64,000 nt of DNA from Okamejei kenojei (taxonomy: Eukaryota): assembly GCA_035221665.1 (NCBI GenBank), contig CM069138.1:69750001-69814000 (forward strand), given 5' to 3'. This document shows positions 11,078-23,602 of the stretch, piece after piece. The notes below the pieces were generated by a model. It was not told the origin of the DNA, made no database searches, and was given only the letters and a program-made list of their open reading frames with translations. The translations under genes and the position numbers were made by a program. Numbering within the stretch: the first letter of the stretch is position 1; the number at the start of each line of letters is the position of its first letter.

Positions 11078-11519
11078 CATGGGTGGCAATCGCTTTTAAA
11101 ACATGGGGGGCGGGGGGGGGGACACAATGAGGCCTGACATCTAGGACAGGGGTCAGCAACCTACAGCCCACAGGCCAGATCTGGGCCTTAACCCAAAATC
11201 ATCCGACCAGCAATCACCCCGTACACTAACACTACCCGACACACCAGGGACAATTTACAATTTACCGAAGCACTTAACCTACAAACTTACACGTCTTTGG
11301 AGTGTGGAGCAGGTGAGCCCACCTGGGTGCTCCAACCAGTCCCGGGGCAGGTGAGCCCACCTGGGTGCTACGGCCATTCCCGGTCGGTTTCGCTGCTACA
11401 TGTTTCACAAAACATGGGGAGGATTGTCCCCCACAATTCAAAACATGGGGGGGGGGGGGGTGACAGCCTCCCCCATCCATTCCCCCCCCCCCCCCCCCCC
11501 CCCAGGATTTCCGCCCATG
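11078..11519. mobile_element. Putative hAT-like MITE containing nested fragments (cagggg-type TIR at ~11147; SINE piece 11215-11308)
   Basis: Imperfect TIRs catgggtggcaatc / gatttccgcccatg with subterminal G/C runs. It interrupts a Rex-type tail (10945-11077 resuming at 11520). No clear TSD. Confidence 0.5.
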
Positions 11520-11584
11520 GAAGGTGCAACATTTAGTGCAAGATATAACATTGAAGCACGATATGGTCCGATATTTCCTTTGAT

Positions 11585-11858
11585 ATTTCCATCCTGGGAA
11601 AAAGATTGTGGATGATCAGCCATGATCACATTGAATGGTGGTGCTGGCTCGAAGAGCCAAATGGCCTACTCCTACACCTATTGTCTATTATTGTTCTGAC
11701 TGTCTACCATAGTCAGGTCAGGTGTCAGAGGTTATGGGGAGAAAGCAGGAGAATAGGGTTAGGAGGAAGAGATAGATCAGCCATGATTGAATGGTAGAGT
11801 AGACTTCATGGGCCAAATGGCCTAATTCTACTCCTATCACTTATGACATGACCTTATG
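11585..11858 (+). mobile_element. Two short CR1 3'-UTR fragments
   Basis: gatcagccatgatcacattgaatggtggtgctggctcgaag...ctattgtcta and gatcagccatgattgaatgg...ttatgac tails. Confidence 0.75.
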
Positions 11859-11865
11859 ACTATAT

Positions 11866-12325
11866 TTAGATTTACTAGAATGTTGCCAGGGTTCCAGCAA
11901 CTATGTTACAGAGAAAGGTTGAACAAGTTAGGTCTTTATTCTTTGGAGCGCAGAAGGTTAAGGGGGGACTTGATTGAGGTCTTTAAAATGATGAAAGGGA
12001 TAGACAGAGTTAACGTGGATAAGCTTTTCCCATTGAGGGTAGGGAAGATTCAAACAAGAGGGCATGACATGAGAATTAAGGGACAGAAGTTTAGGGGTAA
12101 CGTGAGGGGGAACTTCTTTACTCAGAGGGTGGTGGCTGTGTGGAATGAGCTTCCAGCAGAAGTGGTGGAGGCAGGATCGATTTTAACATTTAAAAGTAAA
12201 GTGGATAGGTATATGGACGTGAAGGGAATGGAGGGGTATGGTCTGAGTGCAGGTAGATGGGACTAGGGGAAAACAAATGGTCGGCACGGACTGGAAGGGC
12301 TGATGTCTCCGTGCTGTAATTTGAT
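11866..12325 (+). mobile_element. CR1 LINE 3' fragment with open ORF2 C-terminus
   Basis: ORF 11856-12266: RFTRMLPG..YRERLNKLGLYSLERRRLRGDLIEVFK...TRGH...FFTQRVVAVWNELP. Confidence 0.92.
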
Positions 12326-12389
12326 TTTAACTGTGGGGGGGGGGGGGGTATGGGGGGGAATCGCGATTTTCATTGACTGACGGTACTTT

Positions 12390-12910
12390 TATATAATTCT
12401 ATCAGGTCTCACCTCTGATGTTACAGAGAAAACAAGTCTATACAACCTCTTCCTGCAGGTGAACTCCCCCTAATCCAGGCATCATTCTGGTAAACCATTT
12501 CTGCACCATTTCCAAAGCCTCCACATCCTTCTTGTAATAGGGCAACTAGAACTGCACACAATACTCCAAATGCAGCCTAACCTAAGTCCTATTAAGCTGC
12601 ATCATGATTTCCCGATTCTTATACTCAATGCCCTGACCAATGAAGGTAAGCATACCACATGCCTTCTTTACCACTCTATCTACTTGTGAGGCTTGCCATG
12701 TACTTACCATATAGCTACTTGGTGTATTTCCTGTGGATCCATTCCTTGTTATATTCTTAAGGTGGAGATTGACAAATTCTTGATTAGTAAGGTGTCTAGG
12801 GTTATGGGGAAAATGCAGGAGAATGGGTTTTTGGAGGGAAAGATATATCATGATTGAATGGCGGAGAAGAATCAATGGGCCACATGGCCTAATTCTGCAA
12901 TGAACTTATG
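12390..12910. mobile_element. CR1 fragments (minus ~12390-12700; plus 3' end ~12740-12910)
   Basis: Minus strand SQVDRVVKKACGMLTFIGQGIEYKNREIM; plus-strand CR1 3' UTR. Confidence 0.75.
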
Positions 12911-13067
12911 AGAGTGGGCATTTTCTCGTCATCTCAGTCCTAATGCCCTACCACTTATTGTCACATTGTGTTTCTTGGTCCGAGGCTCTTGAGCCAGAGG
13001 GAACTTTTCTCTGTCAAGTCCTTCAATAATTAATACGTTTCAATGGTATTCTACTCTCATTCTTCTA

Positions 13068-13192
13068 ATGACCCGGAGGAAACCCATGCGGACCCAGGGA
13101 GAACGTACAAACTCCATATAGACAGCACCCATAAACCCGGGTTTCTGGCACTGTCAGGCAGCAACTCGACTGCAGCGCCACTGTGCTGCCCT
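13068..13192 (-). mobile_element. HE1/V-SINE 5' half
   Basis: Reverse strand gggcagcacagtggcgctgcagtcgagttgctgcctgacagtgccagaaacccggg...gtacgttctccc. Confidence 0.8.
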
Positions 13193-13561
13193 AATAAAGT
13201 CCAAAGTACCACATGCCTTCTAAATTGTTCTCTGCAGCTCCTGGTGATTGTGTGCTTGGACACCCACCACCTTTGAAGATAAACGTTGTTCATTCGATTA
13301 CGAGTCAACAAATACTTTATTTGCTAGCTTGACCCAGCTACACCCTTGCACAACTGACACTGCCTTTTGCCAGGAAAGGGGGATGAAACAACAAAAGCAG
13401 CCAGGCTGTGAGACTTACAGCAAAACAAAGTATTTTGCAGAATACCTGCCACACTCTGAAAAAATTCTCTCACCTTTGCAGCCTCCGTTACAACTTATCA
13501 TTGGGGCTACTATGTGGATTTTTGGAGTTGTAGATTTCACAGCTGAGCTATCAAGACTGGA

Positions 13562-13655
13562 AGGTAGACAAAAATACTGGAGAAACTCAGCGAGTGAGGT
13601 AACATCTATGGAGCGAAGGAAATGGGCAACGTTTCGCGTCGTAACACTTCTTCAA
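13562..13655 (-). mobile_element. Penelope-derived short repeat
   Basis: Reverse strand ttgaagaagtgttacgacgcgaaacgttgcccatttccttcgctccatagatg...gagtttctccag; close to 48234-48332. Confidence 0.8.
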
Positions 13656-14059
13656 GAGTGGAAGACTATTTTACCATTCTGTTATTTCCAAATAAAGGAT
13701 TCTAGTTTTGTGTTTACCCCCTTCCCAGCAAGGAAATGTTGCCAAAAGCAACCTGAAGCAAAATTTAGGCAAATAGAATTAACACATTTGCTGAATTTAT
13801 CAGTAAGAGGGAGATATTCTGATCATTCTCTGCAGCAACTGCACTTCATACAGGATCTTTAATGTAGTAAGACACAGTTAAAACATTTTTTATAGTTAAT
13901 AATCAACAACATTTGACACTGAGTGCGAAGATGATAGTTACAAAAAGCTTGGTCAAAGGTACGCATTAAGGAGTGTCTTTGAATAAGTCAGGGAAGCAAT
14001 TCCAGAGTTCAGTGCCATAGCTCCTATGGCAAACAGAACACAGGAAAAGTTACAAAAAA

Positions 14060-14600
14060 TGACAGTGCTCGTAGAACCTCAATGGGTCAGGAAGCATCTC
14101 TGGTGGACATGGAATTATGAGGGACATAGATAGGATTGACAGTCAAAACCATTTTCTCAGGGTGGGAATATTAAATCCTTCTTCAGACCAATTGTAGTAG
14201 GAGGGAGAATGCTGGAAGGGAGGTGGGGGCAGGACAAAGTCTGGCAATTTAAAGGTGGATACAGGTGAGGAAGGGTTTTGATTAGCAGATGATTAGACAA
14301 CGACCGTTCGACATAAGCAACAAATAGGCAAGCATAACCGGGGCCCTTGCGAGTGCCATTGGCTACCTTTAACTTGAAGAAAATGGGAGGAGTCAAAAGA
14401 GAAGTTCATAATGGTGAGGAATAGTTCTGCCAGGCGGAGAAAAATGCTAGTACAGGGAAGCTGACTGGGGCAAGGAAAATTCAGAGGGCCTTGAGACTTT
14501 CTTCATGGTGAATGGAGTTGCAAAAGGAGTGGATATCTATGGTAAAGATAAGGCAATGGGGCCCTAGAAATTTAAAGTTATTAGAGAATTTAAGAATTTT
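14060..14600 (-). mobile_element. Penelope-like element remnant (RT motifs plus pLTR), internally deleted
   Basis: Reverse strand LIFTIDIHSFCNSIHHEESLKAL and NFSFDSSHFLQVKG..GTRKGPGYACLFVAYVE resemble PLE RT motifs (DVxSLYTxIP; GxAMG..P.YA.L). Followed by tctgaagaagg and the family tail. Confidence 0.75.
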
Positions 14601-16629
14601 ATAATTGAATGTGTCAGATTTAGGTAGGAAGGAACTGAACATGGGGGGGGGGGGGGGGGGGGGGGGGTTAAGATGGAATCAAAGTATTTGGAGATCATTT
14701 CTTTGCGGCAGTAGCAGGCTAAAACAACCTGCAACTCTTTGGTTCATTCATCCATTGCCACCTAAATCACTGCCTTTCCTCCAACAGCATGAGATGTAAC
14801 ACCTCTCCCTGAGGCTGTCTGGTCATCTGTCTCCATCTGGCTTTCTCTAGTTCCTAGTTGACTACTCTACCTTCCTTTGTCCACTGGTGCAACAAGACCA
14901 GAATCCAGTCCCAGATCCATTCTTGTATGTTTACCTGTTTCTCTCCTACCCTTCCACCTGCAACTCTCAGTATTCACTTTGTTTGTTATACCCACATATC
15001 CTCCCCATACTGATGACCACTCAACCTCCCTTCCTGGACTTCATGCTGTCTGATGCAATTAACAAAGTTTTCTCATTTCATCCACTGCCTCCCTCCCCTT
15101 TATATCAATCTTCATGGTCCCTTTCCCCCAAAACTAAACTCTAGCATTTCATAAATTATTCTTGCATCTGCATTTTCTCTCCTCTTCCCAAAGTAAATGA
15201 GTAACCTTTTCTCAAAGTCATGCTGTCTTATCCTGACCTCATTATCTGAATTCCTGCAACAAGAAATAAACATTCTGGCCCTGCCACTATTATGAAAGAG
15301 TTATGAAATCTTGTATGATTGTGGGGAGGAACCTATCTTTTTTCAAAACACCAATTGCTGGAGTAATTCTACGCGTTGCCTGACCCACTGAGATCATCCC
15401 GCACTTAGTGTTCTGCCCAAGATTCCAAAATCTGCAGTTCCTGGAGGCTCTATCTCTCTCCAACCTGTTCAAAGTCTTTACGATCACATCATTTGCTTCA
15501 ACAACTCTCCCTCACTTCCGGGTTGGTTAGAATGTATTTGCCTGTTACAATTTTGCCTATCAAATTACAGTGAGATAGGAACCAGCAATGGCTTCTCTCT
15601 CCATGCTCACACCTTGCTCTTATTTCCACCCTTGCTCTCTTCCTATTTCTCAACACCAAGCAGCAGCATCCAAGATCATGGTGCCAGCTTCCACAGGAAG
15701 TCTCCAGTTCTACCTCATCACCACCTCTCTTGGCACCTCTGCTGTCTCAGGAGTGTTAGATTTATTGTCAAATATTTTGTGCAGTATAAGCAAAGTTCCA
15801 ATCAAACTATAGTTTAGAATGTCCAAAACTATTGCCATCAGTTCCAGGGACAAACCCGGATCGCTGTCCATTGACTCCATCCACTGATAACAGTGAAACT
15901 GACCAAAATGTTTTCAAGACTTGATATCATACTTGACCCTGAGGTGATATTAACTCCAGAAAACAGCACAACTTCTCACTTGACCTTTCCCCACATCTCA
16001 TGGCTCTGTGCACATAATGCTCTAGAACAGCCAGTACACATTGTATTGCAGAAGCTTTGAATCTGTTGACCCATGATTTAGCAGGAAAGTGAAACTTGTC
16101 AAAGTAAATGCAACTTCCTCGTATGCTCCTGCCCCAACTGGCCCGGGTGATCAAAGCACAGCCTCAACACCAGCTGGATCCTGAGCCAAATTCTGCTCAT
16201 AGATACCAAGAACATCTCTCAACAGTAATGTGCAACTTTAGTACTAAACCTTAAATTTATCTGATCAAATCTCTGGGTGTTTTTTTTTTAATGAAATAAG
16301 ACATTGTTGTTTTCGAACAAATTTCTGACGCTTTGATCACTCCAGTACATTTAACTGTGAATGTACTTTTAAGATCGATGTGGTATGACTTGTGAAACAT
16401 TATTGTACTAGTTACTGTGGTTAGCTGAGTGTGGATTATCTTTAATAAAGGATTTGTTGTTGGCAATTCCAACACTTGTACTTGCCTTCGTACAACATAG
16501 ACGATATACATTAATGTTACTAATGTTACAGAGTGAAATTATAGTTCATACATATGTTCCCATCAAGCACTAGAGACACTTCACATTTTGATTGGTTTAG
16601 TCCGTTAAAAGTCTGTCTTGGCGGGAAAC

Positions 16630-17310
16630 TTTAACTTTTATATGTGGGGGAGGGGGGCAGGGTAAGGCGGAAACTAACTCCCAGTCGTTTCCTGGTGTGG
16701 ACGCGATTATTTCTCCGAGTCGCGTCCTCGCCCCCCACCTCAAGGCCTACCTCCTGGATCCGAGCGACCTTTCCTGCCGGGGACCGGGAACCGGACCAGA
16801 GCTGCGACAGCGGTGGTGCTGGAGTCATCGCGGAGCGGGCGATACCTACCTGGGTCGCCGTTGGAGCTCCGCAGCGTTGGGCCGCTGCTCCAACATCGTG
16901 GAGCTCTGGTTGGGAGAGCTTCCAACGCGGGTGGCGCTGAACTCCATGGAGTCCTGGGGCCCTTTGTCGAGGGCCTCCAGCGTTGTGTCTCCACCCGGCG
17001 CGGCCTGCGGACTTTGGGAGCCGCGGACTCCGGTAGGAGGTGGCCGACTCGAGGTCCAGGCTGCTTAGGACGTCCCCCAGCCCCGACGTCGGACTTGCAT
17101 CACCCCGCCGAGCGGGCCTGAACAACGGCGACTGCGGAGGGCTCGGGGAGGCCCCGACCACGGGTGATCAGTGGGGAACATCGGGGGAAGAGACTGACTT
17201 TGGTGCCTTCCCTCACAGCTGATCCTGCTGTGAGGGGATGTTTTATGTTTTATGTTGAATTTCTACTCCATGTTGTGTTGTTTATTTTTTACTGTATGGT
17301 GGTTTCAAGC
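16630..17310 (+). mobile_element. GC-rich non-coding retro-element (non-autonomous, Rex/Babar-type 3' tail), copy A
   Basis: Homologous by eye to 41605-42265 and 58640-58984; 3' hairpin ccctcacagc/gctgtgaggg. Confidence 0.6.
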
Positions 17311-17455
17311 CACGGTTGCCCAGCCAGATGCAACTACATTTAAAGTGGCACTTTCTTCCCAATAACCCTCTCTGGCTTAACCCCTCCCTTCACCACCTCC
17401 AGTTTAAATTCCAGTTGGAATATTTTGGAGGACAAGTAACCAAGAACCAAGAAGA

Positions 17456-17486
17456 ACTAAACTAAACTAAACTAAACTAAACTAAA
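17456..17486. repeat. (AAACT)n microsatellite
   Basis: About 6 copies; same unit as SINE/LINE tails in this window. Confidence 0.9.
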
Positions 17487-17784
17487 TACATGACAAATAA
17501 AGCACAAAGCTAGGTTTCAAGTTAACTATCTGGCTTGGCATCATTTTGCTAACCTCTGTAGAGCCTGTCTTTGATTTGTGGATGATTCTCCCTTGTTCCT
17601 TCAAGCAGTAAAAATAGTTTGGCCTGGAATTTTCTCAGCCCCTATAATGGCCCTTATTAACAATAGCTAAACTTTTGACCTTTTTTGAAATTAATTGGTG
17701 TCAAATCCCCAAAGCTACTGTGAAAAGTAAATAGGGTAAAGATGACCGACCCACATGATGATGCTTATTGGCTGGAGGCTTATT

Positions 17785-17990
17785 GCCTGCAGGTGCTGGA
17801 ATCTTGCGAAAAAAAACCACAAAGTGTTGTCGTTACTCAGTGGATCCGGCAGCATCTGTGGAAATGGTTGGACATTGTTTTGGGTCGGGATGCTTCCTCA
17901 GACGGAATAAGAGCCCCAGCCCAAAACGTTGCATGCCCATTTCCACCAGAGATGCTGCCTGAACCGTTGAGTTACTCCAGCACTTTGTGT
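17785..17990. mobile_element. Head-to-head inverted pair of Penelope-derived repeats
   Basis: cacaaagtg...gcagcatctgtggaaatgg versus ccatttccaccagagatgctgcc...cactttgtg. Confidence 0.75.
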
Positions 17991-19444
17991 GATTGTTATC
18001 ATTCGGCGAGTCTCTGCTCAAGGAGGGCCCCAAGGAAGCAGCTTCACAGACATACTGAACCTCTCCGTCTATGGGAGTAAGTCACCCCATTGTAAATGAA
18101 AATCCACAAAGAAATCCAAACAAGTGTAGCAGCACATCAAAAGCCAACTTGCATTTTCAGTTTCCTTACCTGATACTTATCCAAAGCATGGGGAACTCAG
18201 AACAAAATTGCAGATTTTGCAATCCTTGTGGCAATTGCTCATGTTGTAGTTTCATAGAAATTGTGTTGTGTAGCATGTAACAATGTGATGCCACACAATA
18301 TAATTCATAAACATTTCTCTTTATCTGTATCAGTTTCCTCTCAAACTTTGGAAAACAAGGTCAGATCGGATCACTCCACAGCTTTTGAAACTGAAGGAAA
18401 TACAATCCTCATTTTGGTGATGTCTCCTTGTCAACAAACCCTTGGGGTACGGATCTGGCAAATCTGCGCCGCTCTCCCTCCAGAGCCCAAACATCCTTCT
18501 AGGTGGCTGTAGAATCATTATGAAAGCCCTGACTTTATGTTTGCTACTATTATTCAAACAAATGTGCAAAATGAGAAGGAAATTCGTAACATATACAAAG
18601 AATTAAACCGTTGTCATTACTCACAGGGCCAAGGGGTAGCAGAGATAAACTATTCAATATTCCACAGTGTTAGGAATGGATTGATGAGTGTTGCTTGGAT
18701 ATCAGTTCAAACTAAATACAGAAATATAGAAGTCTGAAAATATCATGATATTAAAGGATTTATTTGGCTTCATGATCCAATATGGATCCACCTTCAAACA
18801 AATGTTAGTATATGTGGTAGATTGACAGCAGATTGCTTCTTTTGTAAGACTCATGATTGTCCTGTTGCTAAACTGACCAGTTAATTAGGTAGAATGTAAT
18901 CAGGCATACAGTCAATGCCAAGTGTTCACTCCAAGCTTCTGTTAAATGAAACTCTCCATTAAATGCGAGGTTAACAAGGTTAATGTTTCTTTGAATTCAA
19001 ATCTAATTAAAATAATTTATGTTAAATGAATTATTACCTTATAAAGCAGTCTAAATAACAATGATATTGAGACATGAGAAACTGCAGATGTGAGAATCTG
19101 GAGCAAAAAAACAAACTGCTGGAGGAACCCAGTGGGTAGTAGTTCAATGGTGCATTAGTGCCACATAGGCAAACATACAGTGAAATTCTGCATTTTGCCC
19201 ATAAATCACTAAAATCATATTATACATAAGCACAATTATGAATAAATACAAATAAATACAAAAGTGCAATGATTGTCATGTAAGAATAGCAGATTTCACT
19301 AAGGCAGTATACAGAGAGTCGCTGGGTTTCCAGCACCATCTCCTGCCCTTCAAATTTCAACTTCTTTAAACAAAGTCTTATCTTGGCCTTGAGAGCCTGT
19401 TTTAAACGGTGGCGGCACTGGGTCAGTGTGGCAGGGGGTTAAAT

Positions 19445-19930
19445 TAGTTTATTATTGTTTATTATTGTCACGTATACCGAGGTAGAGTGAATAGCTTTTT
19501 GTTGCATGCTATCCAGTCAGCGAAAAGACTATAGAGCCGTCCACAGTGTATGGATACAGGATAAAGGGTATAATGCTTAATACGAGATAAAGTCCAATAA
19601 AGTTTGATTCAATATAATTCATAGGCCTCCAATGAGAGGGGAGGGTCAGGACCGTACTCTAGCTGGTGAGAGGATAGTTCAGTTGCCTGATAATAGCTGG
19701 GAATAGCTGGGAACTCGTGAATCGTCAGGTATGCGTATTCAAAGTTCTGTACCTCTTATCTAATGGGAGAGAGGAGAGGAGGGAGAGACCAGGGTGGGGC
19801 TATTCCTTGATTATGCTGGTGGCCTTGCCGAGGCAGCGTAAAGTGTAGATTAAGTCAATGGAAGCGAGGTTGGTTTGCTTGATGGTGTGGGCTATGTCCA
19901 CAAGTCTCTGCGATTTCTAGTGGTCTGGCC
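19445..19930 (-). mobile_element. Rex1/Babar-clade LINE 3' fragment
   Basis: Reverse strand encodes a degenerate LPSIDLIYTLRCLGKATSIIKE..HPG.SL...GRGTE region, followed by a gtgacaataataaac tail. Confidence 0.75.
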
Positions 19931-20779
19931 TGGCGATGCTGTTGGTGTCCTCCCCTGCCCTCCACCACTCCATACTGCTTCAGGTAAATTTGCCTGTAAA
20001 GACAGAGGAATCATCTACATTTCAGGTTGAGACCCTGCATTAGGACATTGAAGTTGGAATAGCGTGCACCTGGAAACGATTTAACTGCCATATAAAGGTT
20101 GTTAGGTCTGAAGCCCACCCCTTGATGAAGTTGCTGCTTTGTAATGCACAGCCATGTGTTACTCTCTCTGTAGTCAGCAAGCACATAGGAGAAATTATAT
20201 TTACAGCACAATACCTCAGTGGTTTTGGTATCAACGTCAACCCCTTTATTCAAGTTTTTTCAAGAAATCTTTAACGCTGTCAAAACAGATCTTGCTATTT
20301 TAAGTAGATTGCTCCATTTTCAAAATCCAAATCTGTATAACATCACCTTCTGAATTCTTGCCAATGTTCTTTAAATTGTGCACAGCTCCTTTTGAACATT
20401 TTAGCTGAATAATATGCTTTAACTTTTATGGACCAATAAAATATGACTGGAGCATTTATCCAGGTCTGCCATCAGCTTCTTTGAGTTAATTTATTTCAGA
20501 CACTATGAGTTTTCCAAGAAGCCTATAATTGTGAAGCTGTGCAGTCCCACTTGAAAAACTGAGCTACCTTTGCAGAATTTGGTGTCTATAAATTGCTCAG
20601 TGGTGTTTACTTGCCACTTATCCGGTGCATTAATTTGCTGATTTACCTCTGCTCCTGAATGCCAAGATGTGTTGTGATGCATTGATATATTGCCCTTTTT
20701 TGATTGCCACACTTGACAGACAATAAACAGTCACCATTGACATCTGTCACTCCATTCACAGTTCAAAAACAGCAAATCT

Positions 20780-20921
20780 TAAAGATAGCGGAGTCAGGGG
20801 ATATGGGGAGAAGGCAGGAATGGGGTACTGATTGTGGATGATCAGCCATGATCACATTGAATAGAGGTGCTGGCTCGAAAAGGCCAAATGACCTACTCCT
20901 GCATCTATTGTCTATTGTCTA
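20780..20921 (+). mobile_element. CR1 3' UTR fragment
   Basis: ggggatatggggagaaggcaggaatggggtactgattgtggatgatcagcc...(ctattgt)n. Confidence 0.8.
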
Positions 20922-22365
20922 AATGCTTGACAGAACACTCTGTGTGATGTTTGGTGGACTGTGTGAGGTGGGAGGACCCGTTGCTCCTCCCATGCAGCAA
21001 GTGGCGCTGCACAGGACAAAGGGAGATGTGTTGTATATAGTTTATCCTGTCTGTAGACAGTGTGTGTGCAGCCATTTTGAGTTGTCTTGCTGCCAGCATT
21101 GAGTAAAGTATTATAGACTTCTGTTGTAAATTGAAGACTCTCAAGTTTTATGCAGATCTAGAAAATAAACATGAATCTCTGATTATGATGGTATTGATGA
21201 GGAAGGAGATTAAGTTGTGAGTGAGTGAGAGAGAAGCGAAGTCTATTGAGAGGGAGAAAAGTTCAAGGGTCAGGCGGGCCATACCAGCATTTCCATGTTT
21301 GCATGTCATAGAGCCACAGAGCATGGAAACAGGCCCTTTAGCCCAACTTGGCCATGCTGACCAAGATATCCCATCGACCTGTCCCACCTGCCCATGTTTG
21401 GCCCATATACCTTTAAACCTTTCCTGTCTACTTACCTGTTGTAATACATTTTAAATGTTGTTATAGTACCTGGCTCAACTACCTCATCAGGCAGCTCGTT
21501 CCAAATACCTACCACCCACTGTGTGAAAAAGTTCCCCCTCGTGTTCACATTAAATCTTACTCCTCTCAACCTAAACCTATGGCCTTTGGTTCTTGATTGC
21601 CCAACTCTGGGAAATAGACTGTGCATTCATCCTATCTATTCCACTCTATAACAGGGGAATAAATAGGGTGATTGTACACATATCTATAAGACCATCGCTC
21701 AACCTCCTGCACTCCAATGAATGAAGTCCCAGGCTATTTGATCCCTCTCTACAGTTCAGGCACTTGAGTCATGGCAACATTCTTGTAAATCTTCTTTGCA
21801 CTCTTTCCAGCTTAACAACATCATTCCTACAGAAAGATGAGAAAAACTTTACTCCAAATTTGACCTCACCAACAAACTGTACAACTGCAATATACATTCA
21901 AACTTATATACTCAATACCCCAATTGATGAAGCCCAATGTATTGAAAGCCTTCTTGACCACCCTATTTACTTGCAATGCCACTTAGAAACATAGAAACAT
22001 AGAAAATAGGTGCAGGTGTAGGGCATTCAGGCCTTCAAGCCTGCACCGCCATTCAATAAGATCATGGCTGATCATCCAACTCAGTATCCTGTACCTGCCT
22101 TCTCTCCATACCCCCTGAGGCCCACAGGAGCCGTTGGAAGAGAAGGAGGGGGAGGAGCGACACCCGACCGGTAAGCTTAAAAATCCAGCGCGGGGCTTGT
22201 TTTTACTGAAATCCATAATGTTCCATTCGGAGAAGTGGTTTTTTTGAGAAAGCCGCTGATTGGTGGGAAGTGGACTAGGGTAAGCAGCTGATTGGCAGTC
22301 AGATTTCAGCAGTTTGTAGAGTACTTTGTATTGTGTTGATATTGTATCCTGTGTAAGGGGGGAGT

Positions 22366-23310
22366 ATGAAGGCCAGGGCAGCTTACTGTTGTGGATGTCA
22401 GATGTGGGAGGTCAAGGAATCTGATAGCCCTCCAAACATCCACATCTGCGCCAGGTGTGTTGAGATGGGGCTCCTAAAGGACTGTGTTAGGAAGCTGGAG
22501 CAGCAGCTCAATGACCTCCGTCTGGTCAGGGAGAGTGAGGAGGTCACTGAGAGGTGCTACAGGGAGGTACTCACTCCAAAACCACAGGAGGCAGACAAAT
22601 GGGTCACAGTTAGGAATGGCAAAGGGCAGAGGCAGGGGCTAGAGAGTACCCCTGTGATTGTACACTGATAGGTACTCCAGTTTGAGTGCTGTTGGGGTGG
22701 ACAGCCTACCTGGGGGTAGCAACAGCGACCGGGCCTCCGGTACAGAGACCAGCCCTGATGCTCAGAAGCATAAGGAAAAGAAGAGGAGGGCATTAGTAAT
22801 AGGGGACTCCATAGTTAGGTGGTCAGATTGGCGATTCTGTGGACGCAGTCCGGAGACCCAGATGGTAGTTTGCCTCCCTGGTGCCAGGGTCCGGGATGTG
22901 TCTGAACGTGTCCAAGATATCCTGAAAAGGGAGGGAGAGGAGCCTGAGGTCGTGGTACATATTGGTACCAATGACATAGGTAAAAAAGAGAAGAGGTCCT
23001 AAAAGGAGAATTTAGGGAGTTAGGAAGAGAGCTATGGAAAAGGACCACAAAGATAACAATCTCAGGACTACTTTCTGTGCCACGCAACATTGAGAGTAGG
23101 AATGGAGCAAGGTGGAGGATAAACGCGTGGCTGAAGGACTGGTGTGGAGGGCAGGGATTCAAGTTTCTGGATCATTGGAACCTCTTTCGGGGAAGGAGTG
23201 ACCTGTATAAAAAGGACGGGTTGCACTTGAACCCAAGGGGGACCAGTATCTTGGTGGGGAAATTTGCAAAGGCTACTGGGCGGGACTTTAAACTAGATAG
23301 GTTGGGGGGA
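22366..23310 (+). pseudogene. CR1 ORF1: Cys-rich zinc finger, coiled coil, SGNH/GDSL esterase (frameshifted)
   Basis: CCGC...CARC; VRKLEQQLNDL; VIGDSIVR (block I), LPGA (II), HIGTND (III), DGLHLN (V), spread over ORFs 22366-22668, 22658-23002 and 23077-23496. Confidence 0.88.
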
Positions 23311-23602
23311 GGGACTCAAATAGAGATAGCTAGGAGACGGTGTCTGAGGCAGGAGGCAGAGAAGGGAAGCACTCAGACCCAACATGTACGGGGGGAAGAA
23401 GAAAAAAATAATAAACAGAGAATAAGATGTGGTGGGTGTCCTAAAGGTGTGAGCAGAGAGAAAGAGGGGTATAAAATGACAATAGAAGCAAGGTGAACAT
23501 TAATAGTGGCTGACAGACAAATCCAGGAAAAAAATCAAAAGGGGCCACTTTCAACATAATTGTATAAAGGGTAAAAGTGTTGTAAAAACAAGCCTGAAGG
23601 CT

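Noticed and set aside
13248-13862. 204-aa ORF
   Set aside because: Non-ATG start, reads through an antisense Penelope-derived repeat, no recognisable domain.
14643-14667. Long G homopolymer (also G/C runs at 11446-11503 and 12335-12358) as G-quadruplex elements
   Set aside because: Simple runs inside decayed repeats with uncertain length accuracy; no evidence of function.
15810-16460. Possible terminal exon with AATAAA at ~16444
   Set aside because: All frames are interrupted, no recognisable protein, no clear acceptor.
16631-17222. Several overlapping 60-176 aa ORFs / CpG-island-like patch
   Set aside because: Explained by a GC-rich repeat with relatives at 41.6 kb and 58.6 kb; the ORFs are not conserved between copies.
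18330-18512. Short ORFs on both strands in unique sequence
   Set aside because: No homology I can recognise and no consistent splice-site pair.
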